In this document: one piece after another, positions 18,907 through 29,875 of the stretch
Layout: every line of letters begins with the position of its first letter
Position numbering within the stretch: the first letter of the stretch is position 1
Source: Bdellovibrionota bacterium FG-1
Lineage (GTDB): Bacteria > Bdellovibrionota > UBA1018
DNA length: 52,714 bases
Reading direction: 5' to 3'
Assembly (NCBI GenBank): GCA_051382295.1
Contig: JBBCAW010000115.1
Location: 1-52,714 of the forward strand
Program-made: the position numbers and the translations under genes
Notes under the pieces: generated by a model
Told to the model about the DNA's origin: nothing
Seen by the model: only the letters and a program-made list of their open reading frames with translations
Databases searched by the model: none

Positions 18907-21254
18907 GACTTTTCTCCTCGATAGGTGCGATCTGCGATAACGGCCTGGCCTAGTGCAATACCACCATCACCGGTTGGAAGCGCCTTGTGAAATAAGACCG
19001 TGAAACCGTCATCTTCCAGTTTTGTGATCAAATTGTCGCGCAAATAATCATTTTGAAAGCACCCACCACTTAAGGCGACGGTTTTTATTCCATATTTCCG
19101 TGAGGCCATCTGGGTCATTTTCAAAAAACCTTCAACGAGGCCAGCATGAAATTTATAGCTGATGGAAATAAGGGGCACCCTTGCGTCCAAATCCTGAAAA
19201 ATACTTCGGATGGCAGGTCGCCAGTCGAGTTCAAAGGGAATTTTGGACTGGCCTGAATTTGGGGTCAACGTGAACAGATACGGTTCCAGTGATTTTTGCC
19301 GGTTTTCATAGGTGTTATTGGCAAGTTGCTCCAGCTCAATGGCGGCCTGACCTTCGTAAAAAACCTCGCGGGTGCAACCGATGAGGGCCGAAACTCCGTC
19401 AAAAAGTCTGCCGCAGCTTGAGGTAGTGGCGCAATTGAGATTCGAGGCGAGCATTTGTAAAATGACTGAGTATTGGGTCAGCGCGATTTCCGGAAAAATC
19501 CGTTCGCGAGCCACTAAAATCTCGTCAGCAGGGAGGACTTGGGTGAGAAGGGCCATCGCGATCCGCCAAGGGTGGTGAATGGCTGGGTCGCCTCCCGGAA
19601 GTGCAAACGTTTTTAGATGTCCGGCGCGGATAAAGTCTCGTTGATCACAAAGTAAAAGCTCACCCCCCCAAATCGTGCCATCTAGGCCATATCCCGTACC
19701 ATCCAGCGCGAGGCCAAGAACGGCTCCTCGATGTTCATTTTCTGCCAGGCAGGACGCGAGATGCGCGTGATGATGTTGAATTCCAAAAACCCGTCCCTTC
19801 CATTGAGCGTCGCTAAAGTTCTCTTGAACCCATTTTGTCGTGCGATACCCAGGGTGGAGATCGTGGGCGATGACTTGAGGGATTGCGCCAAAGAGGCATT
19901 TGAAGTGCAAAAAACCCTCTTCAAATGAGAGCATCGTCTCAAAGTTGTCGAGGTCTCCAATATGATGACTGAGGATCGCCTGGTTCCCTCGGGTGAGGCA
20001 AAACGTATTTTTGAGATCTGCCCCAGTGGCAAATACCGAGGTCGAAAATGGCTGATTTAACGTGACGACGTCCGGCGAAAAACCTCGGCTTCGCCTTAAA
20101 AAAATCGGCCTGCCATGAGCGATTTTCACGACCGAGTCGTCGCAGCGCGTATGAATGGGGCGATTGTGGGTGAGAAAATAATCGGCGATGCCATGGAGTC
20201 GTTCGAGCGCCATGGGGTCTGAGTAGGCAATGGGTTCATCGCTTCGGTTGCCGCTTGTCATGACGAGGGGCGCGTTAAAGGTTTTTAAAATAAGTTCGTG
20301 GAGCGGCGTATAGGGAAGCATCACGCCGAGACGTTGGTTCTTTGGGGCCACGCTGGGCGCAAGCAGCAAGGCTCTCAGTTTTTTGAGTAAAACGATGGGG
20401 GCGGCCATGGATTGCAAAAGCGCTTTTTCAGCTTCATTGAAGAGGACAAATTCGCTGGCCGCTTGAGCATGCGGAAACATCACGGCGAAAGGTTTCATCT
20501 CGCGGTATTTTCGGGCTCTTAGGCTCGCAACGGCGTTTTCGTTTGTAGCATCGCAACAAAGATGAAATCCCCCTAATCCTTTTAAGGCGATGATTTTTCC
20601 TTCTCGCAAAAGCTCGCAACATTTTGCAATCAGCGCGTTTGGTCGCACGTCAAGCTTGTGACCTGAAGGATCCAGTAGGCTCAGGGATGGACCACAGGAG
20701 GGGCAGGCAATCGGTTGAGCGTGAAACCTCCGATCCAATGGGTTCTCATATTCCGAACGGCAGGGGGGGCACATCGAAAACCCCGCCATCGTCGTGCGGC
20801 TTCGATCATAGGGAACATCTTCAATCAGGGTAAAGCGCGGTCCACAGTGCGTGCAGTTGATGAAAGGATAGAAGTATCTTCTATTTTGGGGATCCCAAAG
20901 TTCGTTCAGGCATTCCTGACAAAGAGCGAGATCAGGGGCCACCGGAACTGTCTTTGAAGTTGAGGCGACGGGGCTTTTTCGAATTTCAAAGCTGACGAAA
21001 TTTTGAAAAGCGATCAGAAAGGTCTCAATACTGGTCACGCAAGCGGCTCTTGGCGGCGTGGCGCGAAGGTCATCTAAAAATAAGCGGGTGGAATCGGCAG
21101 CTCCTTCTATTTCAATGCTGACGCCCTGATCATCGTTGAGGACAAAGCCCTTGAGTTGATGAGTCAGGGCAAGTCGATAAACAAAGGGTCGAAAACCCAC
21201 GCCTTGCACGACACCTCTGACTTCGATGCGAAGGCAGGTGTGATGATTCGTCAT
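18885..21254 (-). CDS. hypF: Carbamoyltransferase HypF
   Basis: [10 protein letters not shown], zinc fingers, [19 protein letters not shown]; likely ATG 21254 overlaps the hypB stop. Confidence 0.97.
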   Translation of the reverse strand: MTNHHTCLRIEVRGVVQGVGFRPFVYRLALTHQLKGFVLNDDQGVSIEIEGAADSTRLFLDDLRATPPRAACVTSIETFLIAFQNFVSFEIRKSPVASTSKTVPVAPDLALCQECLNELWDPQNRRYFYPFINCTHCGPRFTLIEDVPYDRSRTTMAGFSMCPPCRSEYENPLDRRFHAQPIACPSCGPSLSLLDPSGHKLDVRPNALIAKCCELLREGKIIALKGLGGFHLCCDATNENAVASLRARKYREMKPFAVMFPHAQAASEFVLFNEAEKALLQSMAAPIVLLKKLRALLLAPSVAPKNQRLGVMLPYTPLHELILKTFNAPLVMTSGNRSDEPIAYSDPMALERLHGIADYFLTHNRPIHTRCDDSVVKIAHGRPIFLRRSRGFSPDVVTLNQPFSTSVFATGADLKNTFCLTRGNQAILSHHIGDLDNFETMLSFEEGFLHFKCLFGAIPQVIAHDLHPGYRTTKWVQENFSDAQWKGRVFGIQHHHAHLASCLAENEHRGAVLGLALDGTGYGLDGTIWGGELLLCDQRDFIRAGHLKTFALPGGDPAIHHPWRIAMALLTQVLPADEILVARERIFPEIALTQYSVILQMLASNLNCATTSSCGRLFDGVSALIGCTREVFYEGQAAIELEQLANNTYENRQKSLEPYLFTLTPNSGQSKIPFELDWRPAIRSIFQDLDARVPLISISYKFHAGLVEGFLKMTQMASRKYGIKTVALSGGCFQNDYLRDNLITKLEDDGFTVLFHKALPTGDGGIALGQAVIADRTYRGEKSCVWQYR

Positions 21255-21946
21255 TTTTTCAAAGTGAGCCAGTCGTACCAAGCGGCCATGCCTGCGCCCG
21301 TTTTGACCGAAATTTCAAAAATCTTGATCTTTGGATTGACTCGTTTTGCAAATTCTTTGCATTGCGCGACGTCAAAATCCAGGTGGGGCAGCAGGTCGAT
21401 CTTATTGAGAAGCATGACGTCTGAATTTTCAAACATCGTGGGATACTTAAGCGGCTTGTCCTCACCTTCGGTCACACTGAGAAGGGCGACTTTATGGTGT
21501 TCGCCCAAATCAAAGGTGGCTGGACAAACGAGGTTGCCGACGTTTTCAATAAACAGGACATCGAGCTGTTTTAAGTCAAAATGGTCTAGGGCTCTCCCAA
21601 CTCCTTGTGCATCGAGGTGGCAGCCCGCGCCGGTATTGATTTGGTGAACCGGGACGCCGGTTTTTGAAATTCTTTGGGCGTCGTTGTCTGTTTGTTGGTC
21701 TCCTTCGATGACGGCAAAACGGGTTTTGGCAGAAAGTTCGCGAAGAGTTTTTTCAAGAAGTGCGGTTTTCCCGGAGCCGGGAGAACTCACGAGGTTGAGG
21801 ACAAAAATCCCATTTTTATTAAAGAGTTCTCGATTGGTTTTAGCCAGGGCGTTATTTTTGGAGAGGATATCTTGTTCGATATTGATTTTTAGCAGAGGGG
21901 GCTTAGGGTTCTGTGAATGGGGGCTGCAGCCGCAGGTATTACACAT
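21251..21946 (-). CDS. hypB: Nickel GTPase HypB
   Basis: [33 protein letters not shown]. Confidence 0.97.
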   Translation of the reverse strand: MCNTCGCSPHSQNPKPPLLKINIEQDILSKNNALAKTNRELFNKNGIFVLNLVSSPGSGKTALLEKTLRELSAKTRFAVIEGDQQTDNDAQRISKTGVPVHQINTGAGCHLDAQGVGRALDHFDLKQLDVLFIENVGNLVCPATFDLGEHHKVALLSVTEGEDKPLKYPTMFENSDVMLLNKIDLLPHLDFDVAQCKEFAKRVNPKIKIFEISVKTGAGMAAWYDWLTLKK

Positions 21947-21949
21947 AGG

Positions 21950-22288
21950 TTAGGTACTCCTGAGTTGTATTTCAAGGACGCGCATCTGTTTTCCCGACAA
22001 GACCTCGATAGGAAATGCGCCGCAGTGGGGACACGGGTCAAAGATTGCCGATACTTGAAAGGACGTGTCACAAGCCGGGCATTTCCCTTGACCCTGGATT
22101 CGATCAATCAGAAGGGTTGCTCCCTCGAGTTTTGTTCCTTGGGTGCAGGCTTCAAAGCAAAACTCAAGAGCCTCGGGCATGACGCCCGAAAGCGCGCCAA
22201 TTTCAAGTTGCACGCAAGCCACTGCGCTTGTGCCGGCATGATTCTCGCAAATTTCGACGATATTTTGGGCAATGGCGACTTCATGCAT
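21950..22288 (-). CDS. hypA: Nickel chaperone HypA
   Basis: MHE start, CPAC and CPHC. Confidence 0.95.
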   Translation of the reverse strand: MHEVAIAQNIVEICENHAGTSAVACVQLEIGALSGVMPEALEFCFEACTQGTKLEGATLLIDRIQGQGKCPACDTSFQVSAIFDPCPHCGAFPIEVLSGKQMRVLEIQLRST

Positions 22289-22327
22289 CGTTGAGCTATC
22301 TTGCATGAGGTCGGGCCAAGTTCCAAC

Positions 22328-23386
22328 TTAGAAATGTGGGTTTTCGCAATGAAATACGGCCCGTGCTTCTTCGCTTCCTAAGTCACCCAGCAATTGTTCA
22401 AACATGCTTTTTGCTTGAACTACGATCGTAATCGGCTCGGCAAAGGCCATCTCGATCGGAACACCCGCCTGATAGCTGCCCACGACGATTCCCCGTAGTT
22501 TGGCCTCTCGGTCCACGACCATACTGCCGCTCGAGCCGGAAGCGGAATCGATCGTGGTGGTGCAAACGGGGCCGGAGTGATGAAAAAAATCTAAGGCCGT
22601 GATCGCTTCGGCGGAGTAATCGGAAAAATCGGAATATTCTTTCCAACTCGAGATCATTTTACCTGAGGCGAAGTAGCGTTGATTGCCGTCCGAGGATAAG
22701 TTAGAATTGCGACGAATCGCGTTCGGGAAGCCCACACTCCAAAGAGGCTCACCCGCATGCGAAGCCTCTCCGGAGAGCGGTACGCACGGGGTTTTTCCAA
22801 GGGACTTAGCCTGCAGGATCACGAAATCGTCCATGCCCGCCCTCATTTCCAGGAGGTTGGATGATCCGCTTTCGAATCCTTTCTCAGAGCTGAGGCTCGG
22901 ATAGTCGCTGAGGAAGCCCTTTCCCGCGTAAACAATGCGTAGGGGCCCGAGGGGTTTCCAGCCCGCCTCCCCGCGCATTGATGCGTTGGGGAGGTAGATA
23001 TTGGCGTCAGGACGTTGCTGATCGACCTCCAACCATTGACCGAGTCCGTCGCCATCACCCCGAAGTTTGAATTTCAAAGGGCTACTGTCTGCATTCAAAA
23101 GCGTGCGTAAGCAGTGCAAGGCCGTTAAAAGATGGCCCTCACTGGAAATGAACTGCGCGGAGCATCCCGGCGAGGTTAGGGTCTGGGGCGAATTCATGGA
23201 GCCAGTGGCCCAGAATTGTACGCTAGCATTTTTCAACGTTTGCATCTGACTCGGGCTAAAAGGAAAGTTCTGGGGCAAGGCCGTTTCGGGATAAAATCCA
23301 AAATCGGCAAAGCCTCTATTGGAAAAAGTGGCAAGGAGGGTGAAGAAGAATAAGAGCGCTGCCCCCTGTTGGAGACGTGACGTCAT
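22328..23386 (-). CDS. Secreted trypsin-like serine protease
   Basis: Signal peptide; LTALHC, DDF and GSSGS catalytic-triad motifs. Confidence 0.85.
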   Translation of the reverse strand: MTSRLQQGAALLFFFTLLATFSNRGFADFGFYPETALPQNFPFSPSQMQTLKNASVQFWATGSMNSPQTLTSPGCSAQFISSEGHLLTALHCLRTLLNADSSPLKFKLRGDGDGLGQWLEVDQQRPDANIYLPNASMRGEAGWKPLGPLRIVYAGKGFLSDYPSLSSEKGFESGSSNLLEMRAGMDDFVILQAKSLGKTPCVPLSGEASHAGEPLWSVGFPNAIRRNSNLSSDGNQRYFASGKMISSWKEYSDFSDYSAEAITALDFFHHSGPVCTTTIDSASGSSGSMVVDREAKLRGIVVGSYQAGVPIEMAFAEPITIVVQAKSMFEQLLGDLGSEEARAVFHCENPHF

Positions 23387-23391
23387 GACGG

Positions 23392-24210
23392 TTACTCCTG
23401 GGTTTGCAGGCAATAGGGGTCGATTTCAGAAGGGGATTCGAAGATTCCAGTCCATGGGTTGAGCACGTGAGAGCTCGCCCAATCCAAACAAGCGATGGCG
23501 TTGGGCAGGGCGTTGCCAGAGGGGTCGATATGAGTGGGGACATCCTGGGTTCGAAAGATGCAAGTGGAAAATTTTAAAGACACGCTCCGTTCGTAATCCG
23601 GATCCGCTCCCGTGGGTAAATCTTGCACATAAAGTTCTGGGACGTTCGGCTTTTTGAGGCCAAAGGCGAATGCGGTTTCGTCTGCGGTCGAGCCTGGCTT
23701 TTGGTTCCAGCGATAGTAATAATGCCTGGGTTTTTTTTCCTGCGGGGCGCTCCAGTAAACTGGATCCGTGTCAGCAGCATCGATGACCCAGTCGGGGTGC
23801 CTAAACCGGATACTTTTCCCGAAGAAATCCCGTCCGACCGTGAGCCACTTTTCAACCTTTCCGTTGATCAAACGTGAATTGAATACACAACCACGGATGA
23901 ATTGGACCACCACAAAATCTTGGAGCTGGGAGACTTGATCTGTTCGATAACGGGCGGTCATGCTGGTGCCCAGGGCCCAGGCTCCCCCGACTAAAGTGAC
24001 TTTGTAATCGTTTGCTTCGACGGAAAAACTCTTTAACGCGCACGAGCCAGAAGGCGGGCATGCAAAATTCTTGAGCGTCTTGGACATCTGCGGGGTGTTT
24101 TCAAGGGTGGGGGCCGCCGCACTCTCGTCCGCGTGCGCAATCTGTAACGCGGTGGCTGTTGAAAGGAGGGTGAGAACTCCGATATTCCAGATCGACTGAA
24201 AAAATCGCAT
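23392..24210 (-). CDS. Secreted hypothetical protein
   Basis: Signal peptide ending AHA, several Cys, co-oriented with the protease. Confidence 0.75.
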   Translation of the reverse strand: MRFFQSIWNIGVLTLLSTATALQIAHADESAAAPTLENTPQMSKTLKNFACPPSGSCALKSFSVEANDYKVTLVGGAWALGTSMTARYRTDQVSQLQDFVVVQFIRGCVFNSRLINGKVEKWLTVGRDFFGKSIRFRHPDWVIDAADTDPVYWSAPQEKKPRHYYYRWNQKPGSTADETAFAFGLKKPNVPELYVQDLPTGADPDYERSVSLKFSTCIFRTQDVPTHIDPSGNALPNAIACLDWASSHVLNPWTGIFESPSEIDPYCLQTQE

Positions 24211-24295
24211 GATTGTCCAATAACATCTAATGACGCATTGCGCAATTACAATGTAACTGATTGAAATAAGAGCTAAAAACGGCTATTGAAGAGCG

Positions 24296-26803
24296 ATGCC
24301 GGGGCTCTCCGAAAGTGTCGCACGCCAGAGGTTGGAAGCTGAGGGTCCTAATGAACTTCCCACTGAAAAACCCCGTCACTTTTTTGTGCTTCTGGGGGAG
24401 GTGATCTTTGAGCCGATGGTTTCGCTTCTTGTAGGGTGCGGAGCCGTTTACCTGATTCTGGGGGACCGGCAAGAGGCGATCATGCTCCTTGGGTTTTTGG
24501 GTCTGATCCTATGGATTACCCTCTATCAGGAAAGGAAGACCGAAGCGGCTCTCACCGCCTTGAAAAATCTTTCGGCGCCGCGGGCCACGGTGCTTCGGGA
24601 GGCGCGCTTGAAAAAAATTCCGGGTCGTGAAGTGGTTCGGGATGATCTCTTACTTTTAAATGAAGGAGATCGAGTTCCGGCGGACGCCAAGGTTCTATCC
24701 GCTTCTGGCTTGAGGGTGGATGAATCGCTTCTGACGGGCGAGTCTGTGCCCGTGGAAAAGATCGTTTTGTCGAGCGTGTTTGCGGGCACCACTGTTGTGC
24801 GTGGGCAAGGGACCGCGCAAGTGTTTGCTGTCGGACTCAAGACGGAGATAGGCAAGATCGGCAAAATCCTCAAGACCGCCCAGCCAGAAGCCACGCGGTT
24901 ACAGCTTGAAACCCGAAGATGGGTTAGAATTCTTGCGATTATCGCAGTCGGCCTTTGTTTCCTTGTGGTGGCTGTTTATGGTGTGACCCGGCATGATTGG
25001 TTGGGGGGGTTGTTGTCCGGTTTGACTCTGGCCATGGCCATTCTCCCCAATGAGCTTCCCGCGGTTCTTATGATTTTTTTGGCACTCGGGGCCTGGAGAA
25101 TATCGCTGCGGCATGTTTTGACGAGAAAAATGCCGGCCATTGAAAACCTGGGTTCGGCGACGGTCCTTTGCGTGGATAAAACGGGCACCTTGACAATGAA
25201 TCAGATGAGTGTGCGGCTGCTTTTCGCGCCCAGTACTGCGCACGCCAAGCAGGGCACTGAGTTTGACCTTGGGGCGCAACCGCAAGCAGACCTTCCTGAA
25301 GCTTTTCATGCCCTGGTCGAGTTCGGAGTCTTGGCTTCAAGACCTGCTCCTTTTGATCCCATGGAAAAGGCCGTTCATCGAGTGGGAGAGGCGTATCTTG
25401 CTCGAACTGAGCATCTTCATCCCGATTGGAAAATCGCTCGAGAGTATCCCCTAACGCCAGAAATGCTGGCCGTCAGCCATGTTTGGAAAGGGGAGGCGCA
25501 GGATGATTATATTATTGGCGCAAAGGGTGCCCCGGAGGCCATTTTGGATCTTTGCCATTTAGATCAAAATCAAGTCGCTGAGATTTCAGGCAAGATTGAA
25601 GAGTTTGCCAGACGAGGGCTACGAATCTTGGGGGTCGCCAGTGCAACGTTTTCGTCCCCGACGCTTCCTGAAACGCCGCACGATTATGCCTTTAGGTTTT
25701 TGGGTCTTTTAGGTTTGGCAGATCCCGTGCGGCCGGGGGTCCCAGCGGCGATTAGCGAGTGTTATCAGGCCGGGGTGCGTGTGATTATGATGACTGGAGA
25801 CCACGCTCAAACTGCCGGGAGTATTGCTCGTGAGATTGGACTCTATAATCCGGATGAAATCATCACCGGGCCTGAACTTGCAGAGATGGATGACGTGCGT
25901 CTTGCACTGCACCTGAAGACCGTGAATTGTTTTGCCCGCATGGTTCCTGCGCAGAAACTTCGCCTAGTGCAGGCTCTTAAGCGAGATGGCGAAGTGGTAG
26001 CCATGACGGGTGACGGGGTGAATGATGCTCCAGCTTTAAAAACCGCGCAAATTGGGATTGCGATGGGTGGAAGGGGGACGGATGTGGCCCGTGAAGCCGC
26101 GGCCCTGGTATTACTGGATGACGATTTTTCTTCCATTGTTGAAGCCATTCGGACGGGCCGTCGAACTTTTGATAACCTTCGTGGGGCGATGGCCTACTTG
26201 TTGGCCATTCATGTACCGATCGCTGGAATGTCGATTTTACCGGTTCTTTTGAAGCTCCCACTGGTTCTGTTGCCGGTTCATATCGCGTTTTTGCATTTGA
26301 TTATTGAGCCTGCTTGCTCGGTGGTATTTGAAGCCGAACCTCCTGCTGGAAATTCGATGAAGAAAGCCCCCCGGCCCCCAGGAGAGGTGCTTTTTTCTAA
26401 AAAACTGATTATTCCAGCCCTCGTTCAAGGTTTAGTGGTGTTCGGAATCGTATTGAGCGTCTTTCTTATTTCGCTCTATCGCGGCCAAGGTGAACGTGAC
26501 GCCCGCGCCCTGACCTTCACGACGCTTATTTTCGCAAACCTCGGTCTCATTCTCGTGAATCGATCTTGGTCACGGACGATCATTGAGGGCTTTCGCGCCC
26601 CCAATCGTGCGCTCGCATGGGTTCTTTTTGGAGGTTTGCTGGTCTTAGGGTTTGTTTTATACGTCCCTTTTGCGCGCGATCTTTTTCGTTTTTCGGTGCT
26701 TCATCCGGTGGATCTGGGATTGTGTGTTGGAGCGGGGGGGGTAAGTATTGCGTGGTTTGAAGGGTGGAAAATTTGGAGGAGGAAGGACCTACTCCGTCCG
26801 TAG
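24296..26803 (+). CDS. Cation-transporting P-type ATPase (type II-like)
   Basis: TGES, DKTGTLT, KGAPE, TGD, GDGVNDAP. Confidence 0.97.
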   Translation: MPGLSESVARQRLEAEGPNELPTEKPRHFFVLLGEVIFEPMVSLLVGCGAVYLILGDRQEAIMLLGFLGLILWITLYQERKTEAALTALKNLSAPRATVLREARLKKIPGREVVRDDLLLLNEGDRVPADAKVLSASGLRVDESLLTGESVPVEKIVLSSVFAGTTVVRGQGTAQVFAVGLKTEIGKIGKILKTAQPEATRLQLETRRWVRILAIIAVGLCFLVVAVYGVTRHDWLGGLLSGLTLAMAILPNELPAVLMIFLALGAWRISLRHVLTRKMPAIENLGSATVLCVDKTGTLTMNQMSVRLLFAPSTAHAKQGTEFDLGAQPQADLPEAFHALVEFGVLASRPAPFDPMEKAVHRVGEAYLARTEHLHPDWKIAREYPLTPEMLAVSHVWKGEAQDDYIIGAKGAPEAILDLCHLDQNQVAEISGKIEEFARRGLRILGVASATFSSPTLPETPHDYAFRFLGLLGLADPVRPGVPAAISECYQAGVRVIMMTGDHAQTAGSIAREIGLYNPDEIITGPELAEMDDVRLALHLKTVNCFARMVPAQKLRLVQALKRDGEVVAMTGDGVNDAPALKTAQIGIAMGGRGTDVAREAAALVLLDDDFSSIVEAIRTGRRTFDNLRGAMAYLLAIHVPIAGMSILPVLLKLPLVLLPVHIAFLHLIIEPACSVVFEAEPPAGNSMKKAPRPPGEVLFSKKLIIPALVQGLVVFGIVLSVFLISLYRGQGERDARALTFTTLIFANLGLILVNRSWSRTIIEGFRAPNRALAWVLFGGLLVLGFVLYVPFARDLFRFSVLHPVDLGLCVGAGGVSIAWFEGWKIWRRKDLLRP

Positions 26804-28885
26804 AACTTCGTACACGGACCTTAAGCATTTTCCAATAAAGTTTGAGGTTTTAGATCCGGTGCGCGTGTTTTCTTCGTGTTTTGGCGGCGAAGAAACGCTG
26901 ATTGCCATCCCTTTTCCCAATCGCTTACCGTCGGAATGCTTCAGCGAGAGTTCTACCATAGGCGTTAATAGCGACGTCTTAGGCAAGTCTAGGGTTACGA
27001 CGACGCGCTTTCCCTTGCGGATTATCGGAGCTTCGATCGCAACGTTCTCTCCTAAAAGTTTCATTTGCAGGCGATGTTCACCCATCAAATCTTCGTGAAT
27101 CGAACCTCCAAACAATGCAACCGCACCCTGGCGAACCTCCGTCTCCACTCTCAGACGGTGGCGGTCCAGTCGGGCGTCGTAGAGTTCAACGATCCGTGTT
27201 CCCTCCCACGGTAGGGTCGAGGTCTTGATGATCGTCTCGTAAGGCCCGAGGTCTACCCCGTGGGACCCTGAAACGGGCCGCTTGCCGTTGCGGATCGTAT
27301 CATCGATCGCCTTCCAAACCGGGTCGCGATTACCCGTCCGAAGGTACTCGGCCAGCAACTTCTCGCTTTGGTCGATTAAATTCCAACGATAGAGCTCTGG
27401 CCGCCGTTGATTCAATTGCTTGGCGGCCTGCGCTCGAAACCTTTGAAGGGCCGTTTTCCTAACGCCATTCGACAATGCCTCGATCTCAACTTCGTTGTAA
27501 TAATTCGAGTACGCCGTGGCAAAGTCCTCTCGAAGCAGGTCGTTTGAAACTCCGGGGATTTCCATCTTCAAGACCTTTTTCACTGCCACAACATCCTTTG
27601 GATTCAACTGGGCCAAACGAGTAAGAATTCGGTTTAGGTCAAAGTCAGTAAGCTGATGAGGGACATTGAATCTTCCCATGGCTTCAAGAGCCCCTTGGCG
27701 GGCGGTTTTTTTTAAGATTGAAGCCAGCCGTCGCCCTGCGGGACGTTCTACGGTCTTACTGACTAAGACGGAGGGGATTCCAGTTAGCTCCAGAAATTCC
27801 TTGGAGAGGGCGTTTGCGTACTCCTCATCAAAATGTTTTGTGAGGTCTTGCTCTTTAGGAATCCTTTTTAAGACCTCGGGCGTCGTCTGTTTTACAACCT
27901 CATCTCGAAAACGTGAGATCAGCTCTCTTTTGATCTCCTCGGTCTCGCCTGCAGGTTCATTGTGATCCAAAACTTTCAATTTTCCATAACCCGGTTGGGC
28001 AGTCTCTGTTCCATAGTCGATGAAGCCGCCATTCAACTGAAAATTCGAAGCACTCGTGGCGCCATGGTAAATTCTCGCTGCAAACGCAGCCGCGTACTGC
28101 TTGGCAATCCTTTGCACATAATCAAGCCAGGCGCTGCGTGTGGAAAAATCTTTGAGAAGCCTCTGAGTAGCATCCTTAAGCCGTGATTCTTCGCTTTCCG
28201 TCCAAGGCCCCTTTCCATGAAAAGCTCTCATGAAGTGGGCGGGGCGAACTGCGTCTTCGCGAACGATCAGGATATCAGGATGGTCCCGTCCATCGGGATA
28301 TCGAGTGATCGTCCCGCGATCGATTAAGGCGATCACGCGGTTTCCCCCGTAGGGTAGGTCTTGGTTAATTTCCCCCCAAATGGCTTCGCGTGGACCTTCT
28401 TCAAAAGGGCCTTTTCCATTTGAATGAGAAACGCCCATCCCGTTGCCCACCAATGGAGTGCGTCCCAAATTCTTGATCTGGACTTTCCCTTTGCCGGCCG
28501 CGCGACCTGCGCCAAAGTTAAAGCCTAGTCCGCCTCCTCCATATCGGTCAGCAAAGAATTCACGTTCCCCTTCGAGAAACGCATTCGGAGGATCTTCGCT
28601 CGGAATTCCCCAGGCAAAGTTATCCAAGACTCGAGTCTCAAACTCGGCCCGAGCTTCTGGGGCCTGTGGGATGTCAATTTCATTGTCATGTAAATAACTT
28701 AAGTTTAACCAGAGGAGTTTGGGATGTGCCAATTTTTTGGCGTGAACTGGAACGTAGGAAATTTCTCCTAGATTCTTACCCATCTGAACGGGGGGGCCCT
28801 CCGTCAACGACTCGATAGGGGCGGCAAGCACCACGCTTGCCGAAGAGAGCAGTAGCCACAGGCTGAGTCGAAAAGAGAGCTTCAC
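26789..28885 (-). CDS. SelO-like protein adenylyltransferase with N-terminal signal peptide
   Basis: RYGGGG..G.GRA, QIK..GRTPL, RE, HG....SN and IDYG match the SelO motif order; N-terminus MKLSFRLSLWLLLSSASVVLA. Confidence 0.75.
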   Translation of the reverse strand: MKLSFRLSLWLLLSSASVVLAAPIESLTEGPPVQMGKNLGEISYVPVHAKKLAHPKLLWLNLSYLHDNEIDIPQAPEARAEFETRVLDNFAWGIPSEDPPNAFLEGEREFFADRYGGGGLGFNFGAGRAAGKGKVQIKNLGRTPLVGNGMGVSHSNGKGPFEEGPREAIWGEINQDLPYGGNRVIALIDRGTITRYPDGRDHPDILIVREDAVRPAHFMRAFHGKGPWTESEESRLKDATQRLLKDFSTRSAWLDYVQRIAKQYAAAFAARIYHGATSASNFQLNGGFIDYGTETAQPGYGKLKVLDHNEPAGETEEIKRELISRFRDEVVKQTTPEVLKRIPKEQDLTKHFDEEYANALSKEFLELTGIPSVLVSKTVERPAGRRLASILKKTARQGALEAMGRFNVPHQLTDFDLNRILTRLAQLNPKDVVAVKKVLKMEIPGVSNDLLREDFATAYSNYYNEVEIEALSNGVRKTALQRFRAQAAKQLNQRRPELYRWNLIDQSEKLLAEYLRTGNRDPVWKAIDDTIRNGKRPVSGSHGVDLGPYETIIKTSTLPWEGTRIVELYDARLDRHRLRVETEVRQGAVALFGGSIHEDLMGEHRLQMKLLGENVAIEAPIIRKGKRVVVTLDLPKTSLLTPMVELSLKHSDGKRLGKGMAISVSSPPKHEENTRTGSKTSNFIGKCLRSVYEVLRTE

Positions 28886-28940
28886 AATAGATTAAGTCGG
28901 TATTTTTCCTCGGGAAAATTAACTTTTTTCTCTATGGATT

Positions 28941-29042
28941 CTAATTTTTCCAAAAATCAGGATGTTTCGATGTTTTCCGTTCCACGCCTAATCCCCAAAT
29001 CACCGAACAAGAAATCGCAAATGCTTTGACATTAAGTTTCAT
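28941..29042 (-). pseudogene. Truncated small membrane protein
   Basis: RBS plus MKLNVKAFAISCSVIWGLG, then an abrupt hydrophilic tail and stop after 33 aa. Confidence 0.45.
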
Positions 29043-29050
29043 GATTCCCT

Positions 29051-29872
29051 TCACACACGACGCCCTAATTTCAAGACCGGCGATAAAAGTAAAAGCGCTA
29101 CCGGAAGGCTTGCAAAGCACACGACAATGAATGCGCCGGCCGGCAGATCCCACTTATAGCTCATCACCATCCCAATCAAGCTCAGTACAAAACCAAGAAT
29201 CCATCCGAAGATGAGTCTGGCACGAATTGAAGTGAAGAAAAGGGTACCCACGACGGAGGGCACAATCAGGTACGAAAACACCTGAAGAACCCCGGCCATG
29301 CTCACGGACGAGGTGATCACGACACCGAAGAGAGCGTAAAAGAGGAAATCCCAGAAGCCCGAAGTCCCATGTCCGAAAGACGCGGCGATGAGCTGCTTCC
29401 GGAAGATAAAGTGAATCGCACCGACGACCCCATAGATCAGCGAAGTCTTGATGACATCCGGCCAGGTAACCCAGAGAACTTGGCCTACCAGTAGATCCTT
29501 AATGTGCTCCGCTCCGTGGGCCACGCGATCCACGACGAGCACCACGGCGGCAGAGGCCAAGGCATAGACAATTCCGATGATCGCTTCTTGGGAAAAAAGA
29601 TTTTCATGCCGCCTGGCCATGGCGAAGAGCAGCGCAGCGATAAACGTGCTCCCAAGCGAGATCAAATAAGTTCCCGTGGAATGATGCTCGAAGCCAAAGA
29701 GAATGGCGAAAGACGCCCCGAAGGCTGCGACCTGGGCGAGACTGAGGTCAACGAAGATCACCCCACGGGCAAGGACATGAAGCCCGAGGTAACAATGGAT
29801 GCCAGCCAGCACGAGGCACATCACGAATGGAGCAGCAAGAAAGGTTACAGCGTCAAGCCAGTGAGCATTCAT
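29051..29872 (-). CDS. Zn/Mn ABC transporter permease
   Basis: Multi-TM; LARGVIFVDLSLAQ, EAIIGIVY. Confidence 0.92.
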   Translation of the reverse strand: MNAHWLDAVTFLAAPFVMCLVLAGIHCYLGLHVLARGVIFVDLSLAQVAAFGASFAILFGFEHHSTGTYLISLGSTFIAALLFAMARRHENLFSQEAIIGIVYALASAAVVLVVDRVAHGAEHIKDLLVGQVLWVTWPDVIKTSLIYGVVGAIHFIFRKQLIAASFGHGTSGFWDFLFYALFGVVITSSVSMAGVLQVFSYLIVPSVVGTLFFTSIRARLIFGWILGFVLSLIGMVMSYKWDLPAGAFIVVCFASLPVALLLLSPVLKLGRRV

Positions 29873-29875
29873 GAT

